From Kiritimatiellia bacterium (GTDB lineage Bacteria; Verrucomicrobiota; Kiritimatiellia; RFP12; UBA1067): a stretch of DNA of 64,000 nucleotides. Positions 43,263-55,200 of this stretch are shown here, in pieces. The position numbers and the translations under genes were made by a program. The notes beneath the pieces are model-generated. The model was not told where the DNA came from. It made no database searches and saw only the letters and a program-made list of their open reading frames with translations. Numbering within the stretch: position 1 is the first letter of the stretch; the number at the start of each line of letters is the position of its first letter. The stretch covers positions 17,826 through 81,825 of the forward strand of contig JAFTCL010000069.1 of assembly GCA_017454745.1 (NCBI GenBank), in the 5' to 3' direction.

Positions 43263-46200
43263 TTACGGCATTTCGACCATAACGAGGAAGAAGCGGTAGT
43301 AACCGCTGTTGATCTCTTCCTCAGTCAACGGTTCCGCGGACCACTCGTCCGTGATTTCTCGTTTGCCGTAAATCGCGTACACGCGGCGGATTTGCCCGTC
43401 CTCGTTCAAGTTCGGCACCCATCCGATATACACGTTACCATCTTCCAAGGTAATCGTGGCATAGAAACGATCATTCATGTCCGTCGGAACGGTTCCCGCA
43501 ATAAACTCATCCAAAAGCGTTATCGGAGTTCCGCCCATACCCAACTTACCAGTCGGAGATGACATCGCGCGCAAATAATCGGTGGCGGTGGCCGTCGCCG
43601 GGTCAATCCCGCCATACCGTACCATGAATGCGACGAACGATTCGTCATAGACGGCCTTCTCGGCCTGAAGCGCCTTTTCGTCATCACTGGCGGAGGCGTC
43701 TTCCTCCCAACTCACGCAGTCGAGATACCCGGACGCTCCGTTTGCGGCAATGAACGCCACTTGAACGAAGCCGGAACCGAGAACGAGGGCCGACTCGCTC
43801 CACGTTTCCACCGAGCAGGTGAGCGCCTCCACCCCGTTCGTCTTAACGCAATACGTGCCGGCCGTGCCGACCTTCTTCCAGTGGAACCGCAGCGTTCCCG
43901 GACCGACCACCCGCACCGCGAGCGTCGATTCCTGATTGGCGGCGGCGGACGAGATCGCATAGTCATTCCCGTAACACGCCTCACCGGTCTGCGCCAGCCA
44001 AGGCTGCTCCGCAGAGGTCGTCCAGATGAGATTCGGCGCCTGTTCGTCCGTATCAAGCGCCTCTTCCAACGTATGGAACGGGAGCGCCTCGAACGTATAG
44101 GTGAACGCCTTGTTGACGGCAGCGTAACGGACATCGAGCGAACCGTCCGCGTAACCCGTCACGAGATCGTCCAGCCCGTCGCCGTTGACATCAACCGCAA
44201 CCGGCCGCGACCGTTCATACAGGTTCGTGTTGGCCGCCCCGGCGAGGGTGAAGGGTTTCACGTCATCCCACGTTCCCGCCTCATCGCCGACGTAAAGCGC
44301 GAGTCCACCCTTGCCGTGACCGGTCACCAGTAACGGCTGCCCCTCGTAGATCCAATCCCCGCTGAACGCGGCGGCGCTCCGACGCGGCAAAACAGGATCG
44401 ACGACCAGATCCGCCCCGGACCGGTTCTTCAACGCAGTGCCGTCCAGACGGAGGAGCCGCCCGTCATCACCGCCGATGACGAGTCCGCCGTTCCAGACGG
44501 AGAGAACGGCTCGTTCACGTCCGGCGTTCACCCCTTCCAAGAACACGCCGTTCCTGTAAACTTTCCCGTCGTAGGTTCCATAATAGAGATCGCCCCCGAC
44601 TTTGGCCACCGAGACGCCGAGGCAGTTGGATGCCACAACGTTGTCCACCACGCACGCGTCTTTCGTTCCTGCAAAGTCATAATGGTAGGCTTCGCCCTTG
44701 CCATTCTTCTTCACGCCGACAACCAGCCCGCCATCGACCGTCGCGGGCACGGCATATTCGCCGTCCGCATTGAACAAGGGATCAGGCTTGGAGAATCGGA
44801 TGAAGGAATCCAACTCCGAATTCCCCTTCAGCGGATTGCCCGCCGTATCAGCGATTAGTCCCGCGTCGAGGAAGAGGCGCAGTTTCCCAACCGGCAACGC
44901 CCGTTCAGAGCGCGTCCAGACGATTGCGTTCTCGCTCCCCCGCCACCTGAACTGCGAGCTGGCGGCGGCGACCTCTCCAGTCACGGTTCCAGACTCATCC
45001 AGAAGTTGCAGCCGGATCGCGCGGTCAAGCCATCCGCCCGCCTTCAGCGCACTCAGGTTCACCGCTTCGGAGAAGATAAACTTGACCTGCGAGGCACCAT
45101 TGCTGGCAACCGTCAGGGCACCCGTTTCGCCATAGACCTCCATGCCGTCGAAAACAATTTGGAGCAGTTCCGGCGGTGTCGTGTCCGGCGGCGTATAGGA
45201 CCACGATATGCCGCATGTGTCGGCATCGAACTCGCCTGCCAGCCCGGACGAACGCTTTTCAACCCGCGAAATGTCCAGCGTCACGGTATACGTCCCCCCA
45301 GACGCCGTAAGGGCATCAAGCCCGGCGACAGTCCAAACAAGATTCGACTCATCCGTAGTGATTGTCAACGCGTCCGGTTCGAACGCGATCCACTCCCGAA
45401 CGCCGTGCCGGATCGAGAACCACTCCGCCGCCACCTGTCGCACAGGATCGGAGAAGACAATCTGCACGTCATTCGTGAGTTTCCCTTTTCCGCCATCCGG
45501 GAATCCGGCGAAGGTGAACGAAAGCGGAATCGCATCAATGAAGAATTCCTTTTCACTGTCTGACGTTTTGCCGCTGACATTGGCGCACCTGACAACAAGG
45601 ACACCCCGTCCGACGGGAAGCGTAACCGCCTTTTCCAACGAGGTCTCACCCGATTCCGGATAGAAGGTTTCCATCAGCACATCTTCCGTACCCGCCGCGT
45701 CACGCGCAAGGATTGTCACCGCATAAACATCCGCCCCAAGCGTCCCTGTCACAGTCACGTCGCGTTGCCAGGTCACGCCATCGGTATCGTTCGTTCCATA
45801 ATCGGGCGTGAAGGCGAGATCGGCGATAACGGCGGGCGGGAGATCCCTGTATTCCCATGTCATATCGCCGGTCGTCCCGACACCCGCGTTACCGCTGGCA
45901 TCCTTTACGGTCGCGGCATCGAACGTCAACGCATACATGCCGTCCTGCGTGATCAACGCATCGATACCGGAGAACGTGAACTGCGTTTCGGAAACCTGGA
46001 CAACCTTGGCCGACGCGGGCAACTCGATCCGCGCGCCGTCGCGCGTCAGCGTGAATCCGGCGACGGTGACGCTCGAAGCGAGAATCGGCTTGGAGAAGGT
46101 TAACGTCCAACGATGCGATCCGAACTGCTCGCCCTCGTCCGTCAAGGTTGCAGTCGGCGCGTTGGAGTCAATCGTCACGGTTGATGAGAATATCGCCTGA

Positions 46201-49200
46201 CCGTACACGCCGGAAGCGTTTCGGATCGTGCGGGTATCGATCTCGATCGTATGGGTTGAGGCGGAGGCGTTTGCCGACAGGAGGGTTGCGCCGGATGTCG
46301 CCGCCGCGACCGCCGCATCGAGTCCCAAAATCCGGAAACTGGTGTTGGCCTTGTTGAGCGGGGTAATGGAGACCGCGGAATCGGACACCATGTACCCGTC
46401 CACCTTAATCGCATCCGCCGTGAAAGACGCGGGGTCGATGGCGGCGGCGAACTGCACCGTCACATTCGAAACGCTGTTGACCGTCGTGCCTTCCAGCCAT
46501 CCTTTGATGGAGACGACGGCCGGCTTCTCGATGATGTAGTATGTCCAGCCGATCTGCCTGCCGGAAGACTTGCCGAGCGTCCCGGAGAGCGAGGTGACGC
46601 CCGACGAGAAGACCTGGACGATGAACCGTCCTTCAAGCTCGGCGAAATCCGGGTCGAAGGTCAGGGTGTAGCGCGTGTTGGTTTCGTCTTCGGATGAAAT
46701 CGCCGCCACGCCGTTGGTCAGCTCACCCTGATAGCGGACCGTGATGTCATCCGGCGTGAACGACGCCGGATCGATCGCCTTGGAGAAGGTCACGACGAGA
46801 TTCTCCACCGGGTTCGTGACAAGCGCATCCGCCGTGACACCCTCAAACCCGGTGACTTCCGGCGCATCGGACGGTTTGGCCTTCAGCGTGACCGTGTAGC
46901 TCTTCGTACCGGCGTTCGCCTCGACGTTAAAGAGGTGGAGGTGGGTCTCGATTCTCGGATCCGCGCCATCCACAAACGTGCGGTCGGTGATCCATGCGTT
47001 CCGGACTGGGAGAACCGCGCCGGCCGCATCCACAACTCCGATGACCTCGTAGTCTTCCGCGCCGGGCAACTTGACCTTGGTGTAGTAGGGCCCGCTGCCG
47101 GGCAATGCGGTTGTGATCGTGACCGAACAGGTCATACCGCCTATGGAACCGGATACCGATGCGGTCACATCGTTCCGCACATCCAGCACCTCGCCGTCCG
47201 CCCGGTAAAGTTTGTCGGGATTGCCGTACCGGGAGTGGTCGGCCGTCAGAAACGCGGGCAACGCGTCGCCGACATCCACACTTCGGATCAGCGCATGGAC
47301 ATCGACACTGCGGATGAGCGAGGTATCGACGATTCCCTGCGAGTTCAAATGGGTGACGGAGGCCCTCATGCCGCTGAAGTGGCCCTGCAGCGTCGAGGTC
47401 AACCACCACTGCGCGACGGTACTCGACCGCGCCTCGATCGTCCCGAGGTTCACATCGTTCAAGCCGAGGCCCGCCGTCGCGCCGTTAAGCGCCGCCGCGT
47501 CAAGGGTGTAGTCGGAGAGCCGGAAGTCGATCATCAACCCCTTCTCGTTCTCCACGATCTCCGGCTGGGCGCTCTCGATCGTCACATTCTTCGCGTCACC
47601 GTAGCCCTCGTTGCGGATGAGGACCGCCAGCTCCGCCGGCATCGAGGCCTCGACAATGTTCTTCGTGAATGGATTGTCGGCATAGACATCGCGCTGGACG
47701 AAGTAGTCGAGGTAGAGCTGGGACATCGGGTTCACCTCCAGCGTCACCGGCAACAGTGTGATTGTCGCCTCTTCGCCGCTGTAGGGATCGCGGTAATGCA
47801 CCTTCCCGCCGAAATTGTAGGCGACGGGAACTTCCGGCGCGGCCGCGACGGCGGGAACGAACTGGACAATGGCTGTCCCCTCCGTCTTCGCCGCGACATC
47901 GTTCACCCGGACGATATTGCTGCCGTTCGCCTCAAGCGCTCCGCCGGACTTCGCGGAAATCTCGAAGAGGTCGTTGCAGGTATCGCCATCGGCGTTCGTG
48001 ATTTCCAGCTCCAGCCAGACATTGGTCATCGCCGTCGTGTCGTGTCCGTTGTAGAGCGTGAGCGTTCCCTCGAACGCTTCGCGCGTCATGGTGTAGGTCT
48101 GCGATAGTTTGAGCGAGACCTTCGCGCAGACGGCAGACGAGCTTTCCGTAGAGTCGAGCGCCCCATTGAGCCAGTCGATGAAGACAAGCGTGAACATGCG
48201 GGCGATATTGTCGCACGTATAGTTCTTGGCGAAGTCGCAGGCCGCCCTCGAGCGCTTGGCGCAGGCAAGAAGGACATCCAGGCGCACGCAGTCCGCCGCG
48301 CCAAATCCTTCGGTGTACGCGTCATCCGCGTCTTCGATTCCGTCCACCATGTTGTTCCAGCGCCTCAGGAAGACGGCAAGTTCCACGTCGCTCACGCCTG
48401 CCGGCGGCTGCAATGGTTCAAGGTCGTTCTGCACGAACCTGTAATCTTCATCCATATAAAGAACGAAGCGCGCCAGGAATCTCAACAGTTCCTCGTATGT
48501 CGCGTTCATCCATCCATCGCTATCGCCAAAGGTCTCATTGAGGAAGTATGCAAACGCGCACAAATAATCGAGCACATATGCGACCGTGTCGATTTGAAGG
48601 TTCTGCGTAAGCTCCGGCGACCACATCGCCACCGTCTCGGCGAATGTCTTTTCTGTAGCAAGAAGCGCCACGGCTCGCGAAGCGACCGAACGACTCGGTG
48701 ACGATGCCGCCGACGACGAAGCGGCGCCAGACCCGAACAATCCCAGCGAAGAACCCGGCAAGCCCGATCCGTTCATGATCGGCAGGCAAGACTTCTTGAC
48801 CGGATCGAATGCATCGTCTATCTCCTTGATCGTATTAAGCGAATCGACAACGCTTGCGACCTTCGAGTTCTTGACCGAGTCAGGGAACGCATCCAGCACG
48901 TCCTTGAGGGTCGAGATGCCGCTCTTGATCTTGTCGGCGTTCGAGGAATTGCTGTCCGTGACGGTCGTATAGAAATTCATGATGCTCCTGGCCGCCTTGG
49001 TTCCGGAAAGCACATTGCCGTATCCATCGCTGGATTCAAAGCCGATGTCGTCGAGCACGTTGGCAAGCGACTCGGACAGCTCGGCCGTCGAGTTGAGTTG
49101 ATCGGAAATGGTCGAATCGGCATTCACCATTTTCTCGTAGAAATCTCCCAACTTCTGGAAGGCGTCTATCACATTGCCCGCGCCGGGGACGGCCTTACCG

Positions 49201-52200
49201 ACCGACATAAGCTCAAGATCCACTGCCGTCTTGGCAAGATCCTTTAGACACGGCGTTAGCGTATTGGAGACACCCCCGTTACAGCCGTCCTCGAACACCC
49301 AGAAGTCGCCGCCGTTCATTCCCGGCGGGATATTGACCGACTGCTCCACGCCGTTGCGTGAAGGCTCGGACGAGCCTGTTCCGAGGTACCTGATCGATGA
49401 AGGCGCGGCACTGTGCGGGCAGTTGTCGCCATACACGAGCTGGCGCGGACCCCGCACCCAGCGGTCGCCGTTGCACTTGTACTTGTAGACATACTTCGCG
49501 TAGTCGGTGCAGGGGTTGGAATCCGTCTCTCCGCCTTGAAGCGGTCCTGCGTGTGACGCGCCCGTTCCGCTTCCCGCACGGGAGATCTGCTGCACAACCT
49601 CCATCCCCGCGCCGCCGTATACCGCCGCGACGAAGGCGGACATCGACGGAGAGGCCGAGTCTCCGCCGAGCGCATCCGCGATGGCAGCGTGCGACATTCC
49701 GGAGGACGTCTCACCTGAATGTCCCGGATCGGCGACATAGCTCGCATAGTCTCCCTCAATCGAGTACGGCAACCGGTGCAGAACCACCGGCACCGCACGC
49801 GCCGCGCCCGCCGCGAGCGAGAAACTGCCCGAAGGGTAGATCCACACGTAGCCGTAGAACGACGGAAGATCGAACGACACGTCATCGGCGCGGATGAGGC
49901 CGAGGTTCGTGAACACGGCCTTCGTCGCGTAACTCTCCCCCGGCTGGAGCAAGGGAATCCTGTCGATGAAGTCGAACTTCACCACCGGAACGGGGACAGA
50001 GGTCTCGAACTCAAGGACGAGATCGACCTGATACTGATCTTCGATCTCCGTGCGCGTGACGGTCCAGTTGGCCGTGATCGCCTGGTACTGGAGGAACGCC
50101 GTGACGTTTGCCATCCGCCCCGGGTTCACCTCAACGGCGGCCGCGTAGTTGCCGTGCTTCGCCGCCGTGACGACGAGTTGATACGTCCCCTCCGGGATCT
50201 CGTCCGCGACGAAGAGTCCGCCCGGACCGCTGTATCCGTCCGCAACGATCTCGCCCGTGTACGGATTGGTGATCTTGACATAGGCGCCTTCCAGATGCGG
50301 CGCCGATTCTAGATTGTAGGTGGCGTCATCCACGCAATCAACCGTGATGGATCCCGTCTCCTCGCTTACCGCCATGAAGGTCATCGGGATCGTGAGGAAC
50401 GTCTGCTCCTCTTCTTCACCCTTATTCCGTCCATTCACGGCAAGGCGTCCGGAGAAGTTACGGTTCAGTTCAATGTCGTTGCCGGGCGTAAGCTCCAGCG
50501 TGACCGTCACGGACTGGCTATTCGTGAGCGAGGCGGTCTCCGCCCCTCCGACAACATGAAGCCATTCGACATCCGGCGAGAGGACGCACACATCGACCGC
50601 CTCACCGTAACCGAGGTTCGTAAGGTTGAACGAGACGGTCCGCCGTTTCCCTTTCGTCATCGTCGCGGATATCGACGCGGGGGCGCTTTCCAGATGCGCC
50701 TTCTTGGCCTGCGAGTAGAAATAGACGGGGATCGCCAACTCCGCGCCCTCCGCGCTCGTGAGGCAAATGGAGAATTTCTCGTAGTTCTTCCCGATGGAAG
50801 CCTTCTCCGCCGTGAACACACACTGGAACTCGATGAAATCCCCGGAGGCGAGAATGCCGTTTGCGGGGATACCGAGGATTTCGAGTCCGCAACTCTCCGG
50901 CATCCCGATCGCCTCCACCGTCACGCCGGTCAAATCGATGCCGCACGGATTCCGGATCCGCGCCGACGCATTCGTCACGACGTCGCCGAGTGTCAAGTCC
51001 TCCACGTACCGTGACGAGGCGAGTCCGCTCAACACGAACCCCGCCACGTCGCATGTGGTCTGCACCGCCGCCGCACCGAGGCCCGGATAACTCGCGCCGA
51101 TGTTGAAACGGCCGACCTCGCCCGTGAGCGGCGTGTAACTCGCGGCGAACTCGCCATTCCCGTCCGTGACGGCGGTAACCATTCTCCTCAGATTCCCGGA
51201 GATAAGATAGACCTCCACCTCCACGTTCGCGGCCCGGGTCGTGCCGTTGGGTTTCACCGCCACGCCGGTCACGGTGATCTTCTCGCCGGTCGCGTAAACC
51301 GGCTTGTCACACGCGACCTCCTCCACCACATACGAGGGGCTGACCGTCAACGCATCACTCCACGCCGAGTTGTTTGCGTCATCCAGTTCGGTAATCGTCC
51401 CGTTCGGATCGATGACGACGGCGATGCGGCCGTTACCGACCGTCTCCGGCGCAGTCACCTCCGCCACCACGTCCAGTGTCCCGTTGGTCGCGACGCCCCC
51501 ATCGGTCACGCCGGACAGGACAAGATCGTTTGCCGTGTAACGCCACGTATCATCCCCCTTCACCCAATAGATCGAATACGGCACACCCGAAACCCGATTT
51601 TGGAAACCGATATTCCTCACCTCGAATCCGACCTCGACCGTCTCCCCGGCAATGATGCCAGACTCGCCGGTCTGGATATTCTGGACAGTGAAATCCGGCA
51701 GATTCTGATCGGTCACCAGCACCCAGGATGAACCGACCGCAAAACCGTCGGCGAACGCATAGACCGAAACAATCTTCGACCCGTCCTCCTCGCCGTCATC
51801 CAGCGTCCGAATCGTCGCTGTCGCCGAATTGGCGCCCGCCGGAATCGTGACGGTTTCCGGAAGCGCGATCTCCCCCGGCCCGTCATGCATAAGCGCCACC
51901 GTCACATCCTCACTGACCTGCGTCGAATTGGCGCGGACCGTCAGAATACCCGCATTCTCCAAACCCTCGCGCATCGTCATCGGCTCGACCGAGACGAAAA
52001 GCGCCGGCCCGTCATTGTCGGTGATCACCAGTGTCTCCGACAACGCGCCCGTATCCGCCGGCGGCCACGAACAGCCGCACGAGTCGATGCGGATCGCCGC
52101 GTTGATGGTCACCTCCCGCGCACCGCCATCCTCCATCTCTTCATTATCGACCACGCCGATGGCGAAGCGGACGGACATCGTGTTCGCCGGAATCGTAACC

Positions 52201-55200
52201 GAACCTGGCAGGATCACGGCATTCTCCTCGCTCGCGGTGAGGTAGACCGTAATCGCCTTCTTCAGCTTCTCCGGATCGTCATCCGTCCGTTCAATCACCG
52301 CGTAAACCGCGTTCAGCCCGGCACCCTCCGAAACCGCCTCCGGTGAAAGCGTGAACGCGACACTGGGGATGTCATCATCCTCCAGAATGAAATCGTACTG
52401 CGCACTCTCGAATCCGCTCGCCGACGCCCGGAGCCGCAACGCCGCCGCCAACTCGCTTGACGTGTCGTTCACCGACGCGAAGGAAAACTCGGCGGATTCC
52501 TCGCCCGCCGCCAGCGTGATGGATGACGGATAGGTGAACTGCGACGTGCTGACCCCGCTCAGATAGACCGTCAGGCTCTTGTCCGAAACCGCCGCCGGAC
52601 GTGAGACGCGGATCGTGAGATTCGTCCCTTCGGTAAATGCGTTGGTCGCCACGCCGATGACGTCAATCGTCAACGCGGGAACCTCGTCATCCACAATCGT
52701 CAACGCCCGCTGAACCGCCGCAAAACCGTCCGCCGTCGCCGTGACCGCAACCGCCCTGTCACCGTCAACCGCGCCGTTATCCGCGACATTCACGTAGAAT
52801 CCCGCCGTCGCGTTGCCCGCGCGGATCGTCACACACTGCGGCATATTCGTGATCTGCGCGGCGGCATCCCCCGCCACCGCGAGCGTGACCTCAAGCGCCG
52901 TATCCCGACCGCCGCTCCGCTTGACCTCGCCCCTGATCGAACCGCCCTCGCGGATGGTGTCACTCAACGAAAGGGTGAGTTTCCCGTTCAACGTCGCGGA
53001 CCCGCTCAACGCCTCATGCGGACACTCGTCCTTCTGGATGACCTCGCCGTCGGTGTCAAGCCGGACCATCGCCTGGACAGCGCCCGAAAGGTCGATCGTG
53101 TCGGGAATCATGACAGTGAACACGCGCACCGACGCGGCATTCGTCGAGATATCCTCCGTCGCCCGCCAGCTCTGGAGTCTCACGCACCCCGTCCCGTTTG
53201 TCAGCCACAGCTGTTCCACCCATGGCGAAAATGCGGCGGCATCCCCCCGGTTCGTGACGACGTATGTGAAGGCCGCCGCCTCGCCGGGCGTAAGCGTCGC
53301 CGGAAGCGAGATCTCCTCGACCGCGAGATCGGGCAGGTTCACCTCCGTACGTCCCTCCGCCTCGTGGATACCGATGTCGGGACAGATGCCGCGTCCGTTC
53401 GGCTCGCCGACGGCGACGACATTCGTGGACGCCATGCGCGCGCTGCCGAAGTAGTCCGTCTCGGGCGCGTACTGTCCGCTACCCGCGTCCACCGCCGGCG
53501 AATCCGCCGCAATTCGGTAGAAAGTGTCCGCCAAAAACTTCGGGGCGCCTGCGATATTGCCCCCGCCGTAATTCGCCGCAGTGAATCTGCAATCGGAATC
53601 GAACAGGCTGTATTTGAAATTTCCCCGCGAACCCGCATCCGCGCAGCCGGATACGATGGTGTTGTAGGCCAGCGCGGAGTTGTTGTCCATCGCCGTCCCG
53701 CAATCGTCGATGACACAGTTGTAAAGCCGTATCTCGCCGTTCCAGTTCGCGGAGGAGACGCCCATCTCACTCGCACGGAGGACGCTGTTCGTCGCATAGA
53801 CGTAGGTGCCGCAAATCGCGCCGTTCCCAGAGTTCTGCACCGTCACGCGGTCGAGGTCGATTCGCGCGCCGTAGCCGTAGATCGAACCCGTCCCGGACTT
53901 CCCGCCGCCGTATTCGACTGTCGCGCACCGGAGAGTGACGCGGCCGCTGTTGCCGCCGATGAACTCCCAGTCACCGGCCGACTTCGTTTCGGCGACGGAC
54001 GTGAAGATGACGGGATTTTCCAGCGTTCCCGCCGCGACGATCGAACCGGAATTCTCCACCACAAGCGACGCTCCCTCGGCGAAACGGATTTCCGCGCCTG
54101 CCTCGATTGTCAGCACCGTGGACGATCCGCGGACCTTCAGCGGTGCCAGAATCTGGTACGGAACGCCCGCGCTCCACGTGACGGACTCGTTGATCGCTCC
54201 GGACTGTCCGACGCTGCCGTCGTCCATGAGCGTCATCACGCTGAACGAATTCCACGGATACGTCGTGGCATCGAATCCCGTCGCTCCCTCGCAGATGTAG
54301 AACATCGCGTCAGAAGGCAGGTATCTGAACGCATCGCCGCCGACCGTCGGTGCCTCGGCCGACGTGAACACGACACTTTTCAACGATGAACAATTATAGA
54401 ACGCATAGTTGCCGATGTTCGTCACCGTGTTCGGCACGATGACCGAGCAGAGGTTGGTATTGCTGCCGAACGCCCATTCGCCGATGTTCCCCAAGCAGCC
54501 GTCATCCGCAAGGTCAACCGTGCGGAGGTTTTTGCAGTTTTCAAACGCACTCCTCGCGAGTTCGCTGACACCGGAAACTGCCACGTTCTGTATAGCCTTA
54601 CCAGTGAAACCGGAAACGCGGGTATTCCCGTTACCGACGATGACGAGCGACACCCAGTTCGTCTGGCCGCCGAACACGCTGCCGTCAATCGTCCCGTCAT
54701 TTCCGTGCCAAATGACCTCCCGGATCGACTCGCAGTCGTCGAACACCCGACTACCGACATTCGTCACGCTCGAAGGAATTTCCACGCGCTCAAGCGAATG
54801 GCAGTACTGGAAGGCGTTGTATCTGATCGTCTCGACACTCGTTCCGATCACGGCGTTCGTCATCGCGTAGCAGTCGTAGAACGCATAGCTACCGATGTTC
54901 GTCACCGTGTTCGGCACGGCGACGGAGTAGAGATTGGTATTGCTGCCGAACGCCCATTCGCCGATGTTCCCCAAGCAGCCGTCATCCGCAAGGTCAACCG
55001 TGCGGAGGTTTTTGCAGTTTTCAAACGCACTCTTCGCGAGTTCGCTGACACCGGAAACTGCCACGTTCTGTATAGCCTTACCAGTGAAACCGGAAACGCG
55101 GGTATTCCCGTTACCGACGATGACGAGCGACACCCAGTTCGTCTGCCCGCTGAAGATGCCGCCGGAGATCGAGTCCACATTCGCGGTGATCGTCACATTC

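Noticed and set aside
47271-47319. Mini tandem duplication LIRSVDV-HA-LIRSVDV in the giant protein
   Set aside because: It is real, but the two 21-nt units differ at several synonymous positions, so it is old and tiny. It is unlikely to be functionally informative by itself.
46935-48107. 390-aa plus-strand ORF, and similar ones at 53016-54389, 49719-50312 and elsewhere inside the giant gene
   Set aside because: They are antisense shadows in GC-rich coding DNA. The minus-strand frame has coherent domain structure throughout.
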